Shown here: in pieces, positions 25,857 through 38,217 of the stretch | How positions within the stretch are numbered: position 1 is the stretch's first letter | Layout: each line of letters begins with the position of its first letter | DNA from: Phoronis australis | Lineage: Eukaryota; Animalia; Phoronida | Length of the DNA: 64,000 nt | Assembly: GCA_002633005.1 (NCBI GenBank) | Contig: NMRA01000312.1 | Span: 62,001-126,000, forward strand | Direction of reading: 5' to 3' | Translations under genes and position numbers: made by a program | Notes under the pieces: generated by a model | Told to the model about the DNA's origin: nothing | Seen by the model: the letters and a program-made list of their open reading frames with translations, nothing else | Databases searched by the model: none

Positions 25857-26288
25857 AACCGGATGATCGCCACACAAATAAAAAAGTTCGTTGTTCAATT
25901 CAATGTTTTGTCTTTTCATTAGACATCAGGATCATATTTACGACAATTTANNNNNNNNNNNNNNNNNNNNNNNNNNNNNNNNNNNNNNNNNNNNNNNNNN
26001 NNNNNNNNNNNNNNNNNNNNCATTAAAGAGTCATTGGCCATTCAGAACCAGCATGCCACTGATTCTCTGAATAACATGCAGAGCTCAGTGACCCTGCAAC
26101 TATGGTGATGACCAGCTACTGACTACATTCCCTGTATCTCTAACTTCACTTTATGGATGTTACCTGAGCTGTATGTTGGCACTTGTCCTAAAGTGTCGTA
26201 AATATGATCCTGATGTCTAATGAAAAGACGAAACGTTGAATTGAACAACGAACTTTTTTATTTGCGTGGCGATCGTCCGGTTTTTAAT
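25857..26288. mobile_element. Penelope-like insertion (family A) with inverted pLTR ends, spanning a gap
   Basis: 25857-25950 is the reverse complement of ~26195-26284. 26022-26108 encodes IKESLAIQNQHATDSLNNMQSSVTLQLW*, a PLE GIY-YIG C-terminus. Confidence 0.75.
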
Positions 26289-26725
26289 CTTACTGTGGCC
26301 AAAAACTGATTTAATTAACACTGAAGCAAGCAAGTGAAGTCTGTGAATTGCAAAATAGTCAGACAAGACCATTAAAACAATACCAATCAAATGAGCCTTC
26401 CACACAATACAATGAGCATTATTCAAAAGCAGTTGAAAAATCAAAGCATGATTTGCACACTCATGCAGCTATTTAGAAATCATCTTAAAGGTAGTAAATC
26501 ACTTTTTTTCACAAACAAACATTTAATTTACAAGAAACGACCCAAGGACACCACACAAGCCTGGTCAGACCACGAGGTTCAAGGACCAGTCGATTACTAA
26601 ATTAAGTCGTTTATTGACCCAAGTGAAAATGACTGGTAAAGAATCTCTACCTGGAGCTACTTCAATCCGCATTACAACTCCCTACCCCAGGGAATGTACA
26701 CCAGACTAAAATGTGCTGTACGTAC

Positions 26726-26839
26726 CTGACATGTTTACAGGAACCCAGCTCCTACGATAATGACCCTGGTCTTCAAAATCCATGTTGTAAGCTTCGCGAC
26801 ACTGCAGTGGAAAGTCTACTGAAGTCACCGAGCAATTAT
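26726..26839 (-). CDS. PKD1-like exon (TOP domain)
   Basis: NCSVTSVDFPLQCREAYNMDFEDQGHYRRSWVPVNMS. Confidence 0.85.
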
Positions 26840-27127
26840 CTGGAACCAAGGAGACGACATTAGACATTTTAGATAAAATGGGGTGCAATCAGTACCAAAA
26901 CTAGTTTCTTGAAAGTTTGGCCACATCACACAAGATCATGCTATTTTCATGACACGCTCTGCTATTCATCAATTTCTGCATATTTGATTGGGTATTTGGA
27001 TTGCCATGGCGATTAGCTGTACAAGCAAAGTCAACCTATAGTATGACTAAGCAGTAAAGAGGTCAGCTTGTGCTGAAGCAGTCTGATTGACCAGTGCATG
27101 ATAATAGTCACAAGGGTCCTGCATCAT

Positions 27128-27182
27128 GAGAACCAGTTTTCTCCACTGAATGAGCAGCAAACTGGTTCTCAAAATCCAAGAC
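27128..27182. repeat. short hairpin-forming dispersed repeat (second copy ~62695-62750)
   Basis: GAGAACCAGTTTTCTCCACTGAA...AACTGGTTCTCAAAAT present at both sites. Confidence 0.6.
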
Positions 27183-27613
27183 ACATGTAAGTGACTACTG
27201 CCCAGTGCCCAAACGAATGAAGCTGAAAATAAAAAAACTGAACAATTAATTTAACTTGTTAAACAGATTTATCAACTTCCCTACATCATTTCTATATTTC
27301 TGCCCTTAGGATTTATTTCACATTACCCATCTCTATTATTGTAGCCACCATGTGCTACTTTTGTATTCATACACCTCCCTACTCATTATTTCATTGGTCT
27401 AGCTCATTCAGGCATAAAAAAGACCTGCTGTGTTTTTCCGTATTAATTTTCCCACCGTCCATCACAGGGGTTATTGATTTTCCTATTTTATCCATTTTCT
27501 GTTAGGCCCTTCAGCTACAGGCATGGCAGTGCAAAGTGTCTCCTAAAGGTGAATTTGCATTATGCTGCAGCTGCTACAGTAAGCACACAAACACACACAG
27601 AGCAGAGACTAAC

Positions 27614-27785
27614 GTGTAGGCATCCGCAGCAGGCGTAGCCGAGGACTACCCAACATGAACATGTTGCGGTCCTGCGTGAAGCCTTGTGAGAACCAGTACT
27701 GCTTGCCGTTGTACCACACATCTGGATAGACACTGTTCACGAATGTCTGGTTGAGCCAGGACCAGAACTGGTTATAGTTGGTCAC
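27614..27785 (-). CDS. PKD1-like exon (TOP domain)
   Basis: VTNYNQFWSWLNQTFVNSVYPDVWYNG...MLGSPRLRLLR; not in the ORF track. Confidence 0.92.
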
Positions 27786-28471
27786 CTGAAAATAAACAGA
27801 GGGTGCGTTCAGTTATAATGCATTTTCGTCGTCATAGACCGTCCCTAGTAGCCAGTACACCTATTTGGCATGGTCGAATTTCTTGAGCAAATTCCAGGTA
27901 TTTATCCGGTGGATTATGCGTCATTTCACACGCGTACCTAATAAGCCGATGATGTTAATTTGAGTTACCTAGAGAAGCAAGACCTTTTTGTTTCCACTTT
28001 GTAACTCTTTCAATGAACAGAAATCTGCTTCAAAACAGCGATAATATAATAAAGTCCATGAAGTTCCTAAGATAACAGAGTGCAATCGAAGATGCACCTT
28101 TTATCAATAGAGTTATGCTTTTAGAGATGTAGGGGTCTTGCTGCGATATTTTATCAATCATGGTAAATACAGCTCAAACCAATTATTGAGATCAGAGAAT
28201 GGCCAAATAACAGGTTTTTAAAAACCCAAGGTTTGGTACAGGCATGAAAATTACTTCAACAAAGTTATGATCATGAATCAGCCACTAAATCAGTTTTATT
28301 TTTCAACAAAATCCTAAATATTTAAGGACTCGGAAAACAGACTAAACAAAACTTTGCAATTTAGTCAAATGCTTTTTATTCAGACCACAAAATTCCATCA
28401 ATGCTATAAAACACAGCAGCTGAAATATTTGAGCACTGTCATCATATACCATAATCAGTCACACAACATAC

Positions 28472-28658
28472 CCCTTCAAATGACATCGTGGTTGAAGATG
28501 AAGAAAAATGGCCATCGCTGACCAAGTTCTTGACGTTTCTGAAGACAAAGTTCGACCAGGGGTCGCGGTTGCCATAGCCAATCATGAGCAAGAGGTAGAG
28601 GAAGAAGAGATACACAATGATTTCCACGATGATTGCCTGCATCTCATTCTCCTTTTGT
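28472..28658 (-). CDS. PKD1-like exon (channel S1)
   Basis: QKENEMQAIIVEIIVYLFFLYLLLMIGYGNRDP. Confidence 0.92.
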
Positions 28659-29300
28659 CTACAAGTAATTATTACAAACCATGAACACAATCTTCCAAGA
28701 GCTTCAGGTCGTATTAATTGATGATTCCTAATAACCAAGAATTACTTTAAGTTGTTAACAACTGTTAGACTGGCATATCATGTGCTTCTGTTTGCAATCT
28801 GTTAAAATTTATTCATGGCATTTTGCAATGAATGCTTAGTGAGAGCTTTCATGGTGGCCTGCTATCGTTGGTCACTCTGTTTTGTGAGTTGGCCACAAGA
28901 TGGCACTAGCGGACAACTCACAACGATAAAAGTTTACCCCTTGGATGGGGTCTAAAAAGGTGACATTAAATAAGATGCTAATGGCCAGTATCGCTATTAA
29001 GTCAAGCCGTGGACGGCTAGAATATTTTCTCAATAACATAGTACTGTAAAAACAAAATATTTTAAAATGAGCATGCCCAGACAGAAAAGTGCAAAAAACA
29101 AATTTACTTGTCGGCTTACGCATATCATAGGAATGATGGGGTCGAACCAAAAATATTTTAAAGAGCTGCCTTAAATGGATTCATCTTCCTTCACAGCAAA
29201 ACCTCAAAACAGTGACCTACATATTAATCAATAAAATATTATGGAACGTAACACAAATGGGGGGTGAGCGAGAGCAAGTACGAGCTGCTTGTTTGTGTAC

Positions 29301-29527
29301 CTTTGTAACTTGCATGCCTTCAGATACTCCTCATCGGGGGGTACAGGTAAAGCTTTCATCTTGGCCATAGCCTTCCTCCACTTAGAGTCGGACCGTCGGT
29401 GATGTTTATGCAGGAACTCCTCTCCCTTCTGTAAACCCGTCTCCTTGACAACGTCTATGTCTTCCTCATCCTCCTCCACATCAGGTTTTTTGATGACCAG
29501 TGAATAGAAAACGGCCAGACCCAGCAC
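29301..29527 (-). CDS. PKD1-like exon
   Basis: VLGLAVFYSLVIKKPDVEEDEE...PPDEEYLKACKLQR. Confidence 0.9.
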
Positions 29528-29763
29528 CTGCATGGTCACAGGAAATGACATTACTATGTCTATGAAGGCTAAGCTGCAGTGGTAACACCATAGGAATAAC
29601 GTTTGAATTAAACTTACAGCTAAAAATTGAAGGGGTCTATACAGATTGCTTTTCGATGACGACCTGTCATTTTGTTCCAACTTCCAATAATCTACCAGCA
29701 ATTGATGGGCCCTCTGCAACCTAGCAGACACTTCGAGAGTGCAAGTACCGTACATGCCACTTA

Positions 29764-29878
29764 GTGCCAGTGAACAGACTGATGGCAGACCGTGCCAGGG
29801 AACAGACTGATGGCAGACCGTGCCAGGGAACAGACTGATGGCAGACCGTGCCAGGGAACAGACTGATGGCAGACCGTC
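29764..29878. repeat. 28-bp tandem repeat x4
   Basis: Unit GTGCCAGGGAACAGACTGATGGCAGACC. Confidence 0.95.
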
Positions 29879-30008
29879 ATCAAAAAGCCCTCTACATTAC
29901 CCATTAAATTTTAACTGTCAGTATGGTTTAAGCCCCAATCACAATCATTCACTATTTATTTTTGTTTATCATATATCTCCATGATAGCAAGTAGCAGCAT
30001 ATATTAAT

Positions 30009-30753
30009 AAAAACAACCACGGTTTTAAATCGAATTGGAGCTCTGTAGGTGAATATTTACATGACTTTGTGAACTTCTTTCAGAATTTAGATGTTCCTTG
30101 GTCCTGGTTTTCAAATGGAGAACAGTTTCGCCTATATAACTGAAGCCACATCCAGCACAGAAAAATTTGTATACTACCCTGGACCGTAGACCCATAGGAA
30201 TTTTGTCCTTAGGGTTAAATAAATTTGACAGTTTTAGAGACTTGAATGTTAATACAACTCTTAAGTTAATACAGTAATCATTCACCAATCTGTTGAGTTT
30301 TCGTTGAGCAATGATCTTAGCGTAAAACTCAACATAGGGTACTTTAAAGTACTTGTAGTTAGTTTTGTCTACAGGATGAATATCAGGGTTACGTTGGAGT
30401 CTTGCTTTCCGTACCCTATTGACTAATTCTAGAGGATAGCCATTCTTTTGCAAATTCGTTGTAAGTTCTTTAATATTAGAATCAAATCTAGCCCAAGTGT
30501 TGTTAATGCGATATACCCTGTCTATTAGAGCTTTAATGAGATCTACTTTATAAACAGAGGATGTGAAGCTATGAAAACAAGTGTACAGTCCTGTCTTATT
30601 ATGAAATACTGATGTTATCACTGAGGTACCCTCACGCTCCACTACTTGTTGCTGGGCCTAGCTAGGTGGCCACTATATTCTCTCTTCTGATGATGGAGTT
30701 TGAATAAATGACACCGAAACATGTCAATTCGATTTAAAACCGTGGCTGTTTTT
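30009..30753 (-). mobile_element. truncated Penelope-like element (family B): RT thumb and GIY-YIG endonuclease, inverted pLTR
   Basis: ORF 30025-30642 contains TGLY...LIDRVYRI...LQKNGYP and VVYKFFCAGCGFSYIGET..LKTRTKEH. 29-bp inverted ends at 30009-30037 / 30725-30753. Confidence 0.88.
30684..30728 (+). ncRNA. minimal type-I hammerhead ribozyme motif in pLTR
   Basis: CTGATGA, stem II (GGAGT...ACACC, one mismatch), GAAA, palindromic ACATGT and a GTC cleavage triplet. Confidence 0.7.
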
Positions 30754-31503
30754 AACATATATATAATTAAACTTAACTGGTTTCATTAAAGAAAACTGCA
30801 AAAAATATAGTTTTCAGAAACTCATGCAGACGGGTGGTGTAACTCGTGCAGTGTAAAACAATTTAAAAGCAAAATCAATATTAAAATAAAACATCACATA
30901 GATCTAATAAATTATTCACAAAGAAAAAGTTTTAAATACAACTGTTTATATTAAATTACACAGTCAATAGTGTTATATCATCATGAACTTGAAAACTTTC
31001 ATGTACCTCAGCAGTGCGCATAACTGATTGCGTTTTAAGTCATTCTTGAATCATAGCTTGAGAATGGTAGATATTCCTGCTGAAACATGCTGCGATTGTA
31101 ACACTTTGTTGTTCTCATTCAAACAAAAGAACAGTAAACAATTTAGAACAAAGTGACTACAAGAATTTAAAGTGATAAAGGGTGCTTTTGGATGCTTATA
31201 AATCTACAATTACGTCAGACACATCAAGATGAAACAGGTTTGAGATGGTTTAACATGCCAAAAATGATGCCAACGAGTTCCACCATGAACGAAGTGCAAT
31301 GTTACAAAAGTTATAAAGTCGAAAAATAAGTGCACATAATTTCAGAATTCATATATATTAGTTTCTCCACACAAAAACAAAATCAAGACAAAACACGAGT
31401 CGTCACTGCGTGTCCCAAGGTAATAATAAGCAATGAGCCTGGAGTGTGCACGTGCAATGATGCTATTAACAGTTGTCATGTACAATATTGTAGTAATGCA
31501 TAC

Positions 31504-32325
31504 CTTGATGGGCTGAGTGAAGAAGATGGACTCAATGATAGAGACGATGAACGACACCATCCACTCATTGGATTTCTTGGCACCGAACACACCACCAACT
31601 TCCACAGTCATGTAGAAAGCCGCCCCACATGACCCAAAGCACAGCACATAGCCAATGTAGATAAACCAGTGAGGAAGCAGAAATTTCTTCTTCTTTTTCC
31701 CTGACCTTGTTGTCTTTTCGTCTTCATCTTCACCCTCATATGCATCTTGCAAGCTAATGGTACTGACCTGCACAGGAGACTTTAGGGAGCGCCCTGCGGG
31801 AAGCGGGGTTGTCCTAGGGGCAGGGGTTTTAAGCATGCGTTTCTCAGCATTTCCTGTTTCCAGGAATTCTACTTGCAGCTGCAGCTCTCGTGTAGGGTCA
31901 ATGGGAATAGGGTCGTCTTTGTAGACACTGTGAAGCTTCTTTGCCGACTTGAACTTCTTTTTCGGAGCTTTAGCATACCGAAAGAGCATGACAATAAGGA
32001 GGTTGATGGGGAACACAATTAAACTGCTGTAAATTCCAGTGAGAATCTGTTGAGGAGACAAGGAGATTGGGCCTATCTCAACCACTTGTTGAGGTGTGGA
32101 GCCGTCGTCGGTGTCATAAAACAAAATGTTTGCCATCATTGTGGAAAACAGGAGAGAGATGCAGCAGGTGAGCCGCTGGCACCGAGTGAAGCGGCTCTTG
32201 GCCGGCCGGCCGAACACGGAGAACCAGAGATGACCGTCAGTCAGATCCTTTTTTGTTTTGGTCCAGAACAGGTGGTTGAAGTTGGTCAGTTCTTCACGGC
32301 CAGCCAGAGGTATCACACGGTCCAC
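31504..32325 (-). CDS. PKD1-like exon (post-PLAT transmembrane segments)
   Basis: LTDGHLWFSVFGRPAKSRFTRCQRLTCCISLLF...LPHWFIYIGY...FFTQPIK. Confidence 0.95.
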
Positions 32326-32601
32326 CTACAGGGGAAGGTTAATGGTGGAACTATTTGTTGTTGTTGTGTGTGTAATAATAGAGTTACTGCCACAAATTTT
32401 TAAGGTATTCCAATGTCCCAGAACTTTGTAGCATAAATGGTAAAACGAAGTTAAAGAAATAGTGATCAGAAACCCTATAGGAAATTTTCTTTACAACTGC
32501 CAGGTGATATCACAAAGTTAAATATGAATCAGTATCGCACAATAATTTATCACTATAAGTACTATAAGAGGCTACAACAAACAAACAGCAGTGCCTCCTA
32601 C

Positions 32602-32891
32602 CAGTCCCTCATCCTCGTCAACAGCCCACCACTTATCTCCAATGAAGAAGAACTTCTCGCCAGTCTGCAGGTCTCTGACCACCATGCGGCTGAAGAACCA
32701 CGATGGGTTCGTGCCAGAGTTGTCGTGCCAGACACGCACGTGGGCAAGCTGCCCCAGGGTGTCAGACTCAGCCATAATGAACGAATCAACACTGCCCTTT
32801 TGTAGCACAGGTCTCTTGTCATCATAGATGAGGCGAGGATCGGTCTCACCTTCATCACCAGAAAATACCATGGAAACCTTGGCAGTTGTTC
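32602..32891 (-). CDS. PKD1-like exon (PLAT/LH2 domain)
   Basis: GTTAKVSMVFSGDEGET...GSVDSF...LGQLAHVRVWHDNSGTNPSWF. Confidence 0.95.
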
Positions 32892-33026
32892 CTATGGAAA
32901 CAGGGAAGCAAATGATAATCAAGAGGGAATTAATTTATACTGTCTCTGCAAAGCTGCTGTTATGCTAGATGTCCCAGTACTGAAAAAGCTAGGACTTGGT
33001 TTTGTCAGTGTTTCAAGAATGCAAAG

Positions 33027-33086
33027 CACAGTACTGAGGCGCACCACAGTATTGAGGCGCACCACAGTATTGAGGCGCACCACAGT
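33027..33086. repeat. 18-bp tandem repeat x~3.3
   Basis: Unit CACAGTATTGAGGCGCAC. Confidence 0.9.
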
Positions 33087-33478
33087 TATCTTAGTCATTA
33101 AGCCACGAGCTCTTAGAGGAACAAGATAAGTAAGGTTTGAAACACCATGATTTGCCAAGTGATAACTAAAAAAAGAAAACAAATCGCGTGTCATTTTTGC
33201 TTATCTCTGATGAATTTTCCTTTTTGAAAAAGTGATCAACTAAAAATACCGCACCACTGACTCAATTTTCAAAATTATGCTTTTTTGGCCAAACAGTATC
33301 AACATCTAACCTAAAGTGACCAAAACAGTCATCGTCAAGACTTAGACGTCTAGAGCATGACAAGGGGTGGTCAGCTGGCCAGACAAACAGGTCATACAGC
33401 AGCCAACAAAAGCTGTCCCCAACCAACAGAATAATGAGAACATGTTTGCGAACTGTACAACTGTTCACTGAAACTCAC

Positions 33479-33566
33479 CAGCTCTGCTCTTGGAGCCTGT
33501 GTAGACAGTCAGTTCATACAAGTACTTGTGACGGGGATCATTATCCAACAGTGGACTGGAGCTGGC
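33479..33566 (-). CDS. PKD1-like exon (start of PLAT)
   Basis: ASSSPLLDNDPRHKYLYELTVYTGSKSRAG. Confidence 0.9.
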
Positions 33567-34882
33567 CTATTGGAGATAACATACAGGAGGGGTGAACAGC
33601 AAGACACTAATAACATCACCAGACAATTTATTGTACTTATTTCTCTTCATGAAGAATACGACTGCAAAACTGACATTGAGCTAAAAGTCTGCACTCTTCT
33701 GCACAGCTGGTTCAACAATGTTGGGAATCCCAGTGCTAATTTTTTGTTGTCATCACGCAATAAGATGAAAAGGTATAACTTAGATTCCGTTCAGAGTTAT
33801 ATTCGAAAAAGAGTGCACACATAGTCGGGCCTATTCCACGAAACACCTGTTCAAACATTTTATGCTTTCAACCTATTAATGTAGGCTAAAACCAGAAATT
33901 TCATTCACTCAATATCAATTACTTGATAAAAATTCTCATGAAATTCAAAATACCATTAAGTAATGAAAATCCCATGTGACAAAAATATTCATTGCCATAT
34001 GGCATTTATACTGTAGCATGGCACAACAGAAGAAACCCCACATAGGACATTCAAATGTTCCATGTGAGAATGCAATGTCCCATAGGAAAAATGCCATTTG
34101 TCCCATAGAACATGGGTTTGTGAAAGCTAAATAAAGACAGTAATAACAAAAAATTGTTTCAGGCAAATTCAATAACATATCCATTACACCCACTGTCAAC
34201 CGAATTGAGTCAAAACATTTCTTTAGATTTTTTAAAAATGTCATTTGATATAAGAATGCATTAGGACAGGTTCATTATGAAGGAACTTATCAAGTTGGTG
34301 TGTGTCATTTAAGATAATGAGAAAGCTCTTCCACTTGTTGTAAGTAGACATGCGACGATACCATCCAGGTACTGGTCAGATGTTTTGGTGTTTGGACATA
34401 AGTACCACACGAAGGACACATATGGCTACCATTAGTCAAGCGCCCTTGTGAAAGGCTAGGTTACAGTCACTTTTTAGAATTTGGATCACATGTCTCGTGC
34501 CTAATCTATCAAAACTCACTAAAATATTTGGTTTTCTTATATTGGGAAAGCTTTCCTTGGTTTGTATACAACATTTTAGAGATGCCCATTGTGCTGTTGA
34601 CTAGTTGCCTAACCAGTTGTGTACACTCATCCTGTACAATCCACAGAATATCAAGACAACAGATTCAGGAAAATAGTGAAGAAAGGTTGGCCTATGTTTG
34701 CCTGTCTATCGGCATAATATAATGCAAACTAAGGTTAAACATGAATTGGGTTCTACGTCTAATTGAAAGAATCTTCAAAATGTGATGGGAACAGAGGTAT
34801 TTTGTCATTTTCTGTAAATCAGCAACACATGCCACATAACAGAATTTATTAGTTAACAATCCAATACCATGTCAACACCTAC

Positions 34883-35032
34883 CTTCAGTTCATCCATCCT
34901 ATCTGCTTTCTTAGCCCATATAAGTGTGGTTAGATAGAGACAGATCAGTGCCACCATAACAGAGAAGATGACAGGGTTACTGTCAAGTTTGAGGAAAGCA
35001 GAGTCTGCAGGGTTGATTGTGTTCATCGGTAC
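34883..35032 (-). CDS. PKD1-like exon (stalk and TM1)
   Basis: VPMNTINPADSAFLKLDSNPVIFSVMVALICLYLTTLIWAKKADRMDELK. Confidence 0.92.
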
Positions 35033-35928
35033 CTGGTGTTAGAACAGAGTGCATGATACACTGCAAATGGTGGACTCAATATTCACTAGGTGGCGTTGAT
35101 GAGTACTGGGTCTGTTTTCATTATAATGCGACAACAGAAAATTGTTAGCCTACAAGTGACACTTGTAGGATATCAACTGTCTCACATGGCTGGAAGCTTG
35201 CAAATAATACAGATGACCAAGATTGCTTTACTTCTGCCACTCTGAAACCTCACTGTATCTAATAACAGGGAACTGTTCCACTCAAAAATCAAGCTACTGC
35301 GTAATTTAGGAGTATATTAAGTTGATATTGTACAAAAGTTTTTGAAAAATATTATGTTCTTATGGTAAAAGATTTCCTATGAAACATGAGTTACACACAG
35401 ATTACGATTTGTGTAAAAACAAAATTCAAATTTTTAGCTCATATGTTATAATTGTGGATTCAGTCTAAGGTATTTAGTACAACTGCTAATCAAAATGCTT
35501 AGTAAAAGGAACACGCAATGCTCAATCACAATACAAACATTGATTCCTTTATTGTCCACAAGGTTAAAAAAAGTACAGTCGGTTCTGGTCTGTGATTTCT
35601 TTGAAAATAGAGTCGGCGGTCCAGTATTTTTTTAGCCGCTCACCTCATCAAGAACACTTCACCTTAGACGAGCCTTGCTTACCCTTGCTTACATGCCTTT
35701 TCAAAAACACGGAAACCTTGGCTGAAACTGATGTTTTTTTGGTCACAAAATGAGTCGAGGTCCAGAGCAGAACCCAGCTTTTATCATTATAACTATCAGC
35801 AACTCCCAACAAAATGAACATTCATTTAGTGTAATTGTAACGGAAGTGTGACAAACCTTTCAACGTCTCCTGAAATAGGCTTTCATAACCCATTAGTTTA
35901 TGTTCATATTACATATCAATCATTTCAC

Positions 35929-36099
35929 CTTGAATGCGGCACCAAACGCAGCTGGCTTCTTCTTGACTACTGGTCTGACCATGTTGGGGTCAACCTCTCG
36001 CCGGACTCTCGTAGGATCTTCTTGGTAGTCAGGCGGCTTGGGCGGGGTAAGAAAGGAGCAGATGCAGTGAGTCTTGTAGGGGGTTGTCAATGGGCCAAC
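35929..36099 (-). CDS. PKD1-like exon (atypical GPS motif, second half)
   Basis: VGPLTTPYKTHCICSFLTPPKPPDYQEDPTRVRREVDPNMVRPVVKKKPAAFGAAFK; phase 0 at both ends. Confidence 0.85.
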
Positions 36100-36825
36100 C
36101 TGCCATGGAGAAATGAAGTGATTACAAACCTTTCCATGATGATTAGCATAAAGTGTCATACCAGCAAGACATGCTGTTTTATATTTACTGATAGATTGTT
36201 AACAAGACTGTATGTTCTTTAAAACACACAGCAGTCCACAGCTTTGTTGAAATTCCTTCAGCTATAGGGGAATGTTTTTGGAAACCAGAAGTTAATAATT
36301 AACCTTTAATCAATTTTCTGGAAATTTAGTAAAAAAATGGTGATTTTTGTGTGAATTGTTTTCCATCACTGCCTACAATATGTAGCCATCTAGTAGATGA
36401 TTGTGAGAATGAATAGGCTGGGTGTAAAGCTCTTATGAACCTGCCCGCTTTTGATTTAGATAAATAACCATGATTATAAAATTGGACTCAAATTGTCTTT
36501 TATGCAGATTATAAGTGATTTCTAGGCTTTGCATGAAATGCGTGATAACTAGTGCTTGAGACCAGATTCAATAGGTTAGTTTGAATGCGATGGTTATTTT
36601 TTTGCTGAGCCCGGACTCAAGCAATAACAAATGATATTTTCTTTTCTGAGCCCGAAAACCACTTCTGGTCTGTGCAGGAAACAATGTGACCGTAATTTTG
36701 TAATACGGTAAGTGAAAAAATCAAGTTTTTTTTGGCCAGAAAGCTGGACCATGGCATCTTTAAATGAAATGGTTAGTTTTCATTCCCGCAATACAGCAGA
36801 CAACAAATAAATGTACAGCACTGAC

Positions 36826-36974
36826 CTCGCATCCATCTGTCTCCCATTGTTGAGTATAATCACTGAAGTACTTGCACTGTGCAGTGTAGGCCACAACTTT
36901 GTAGTAGACAGGGCCAGCGAATGGGTCCAATGGTTCCACTGTAGTGACATCTGGTGGTGCTGCAGTGGTCATAT
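36826..36974 (-). CDS. PKD1-like exon (GPS motif, first half)
   Basis: YKVVAYTAQCKYFSDYTQQWETDGCE. Confidence 0.9.
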
Positions 36975-37639
36975 CTGTGCCAACAAAAAATGCAGACTCA
37001 AAGACTGACTACTTCTTGCAACAATTCCCAAAACATAACATTCCACGCATTAACTCATCAAGTATTTAAGGATTCACTGACAATATTCACTTCGGTCTTC
37101 ATGTACGCACAGTAAGATCATGATAAAACCTCTAATAAAAGTGATAATGTTACAAAGCCAAGTGAACCTATTGCGGGAAAACTCAGTACCAAGAGTACAG
37201 GCAGTGTTGCCACTAACACCAGCCCCATGATCCCAATTTCCAAAGAAGCAGACAGTAGGTCATAAAAGTTAAGCCACAGTTTGTTGTCTGTCTTATCCGT
37301 ATCGCAACTACTATGAGTCATAATGGAGTTAGGAAATTGAGTACAGAATGATGCAAAAATAATCAGACAAAATGACTCCATCTAGCTCTTAACAAATTGA
37401 GGCTTCTGTAGCAGTAACATATTATACAGGAATGCATTCAGTAGAGTGATTTTCTTGAAATTCGGCAACAAAATGCAAGACCATAATCACCCATTAAGTG
37501 AAAGGTCAGCATCTTGTGAGCTAGCTCAAGACCTTACTAGAATAAACTAGCAAGATGGCTGCCACTGAGGATGAGGAGATTGGAAAATAACGTGGCTCAC
37601 TATTTCTGTACCATAAGGCAAATGTCTGCTATTATTTAC

Positions 37640-37839
37640 TTGGAGCTAGAGTGGCGTTGCCTTTTAATGATCGTCTCTTCCTGGACAGCCTGCCAGTGGT
37701 TGTTGATGAAGATTCGGATGTTGTGAAGTCAGTGGCTTCAGTTGTGGCCTCGAAACCACTCTCGGCTGTCGTGGTCTCAGTCGAATTGAGGTCAGGCTTT
37801 TGACTTTTAATACCAAAGTAAATGGTCACCATGGTACCC
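37640..37839 (-). CDS. PKD1-like exon (GAIN strand plus S/T-rich insert with RKRR)
   Basis: GTMVTIYFGIKS...TTTGRLSRKRRSLKGNATLAP; phases match the neighbouring exons. Confidence 0.85.
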
Positions 37840-38217
37840 CTGTAAAGCAGGAAACACGGAACATTATGAGCCATATTTATAAGGCAAAGCAAAAGTTTAT
37901 TCCAACCTAGACTGCAGCTAGAACTAATGACATATTTTTACATGATATATCCCATATTTCATGGCACTCAAAGTCCTTATGGCCCTAATGAAAAACTATT
38001 ACGGATTTTTCAATGTAATTCTAAGCTTAAATTTTAAAGAAATGTTCGATTTAGACTTTTTCATCATGTGCTCTGCATTGGACAATCATCGAAAATATTA
38101 TTAAAAATACTAAAATCAACACCATATCTGAGATCTAAACGCAAAGATAATGTCACTGTTTTTATCAAGCATTAATAAAACAAATACTCTAAAACAATTA
38201 AAGTATCATTATTTTAC

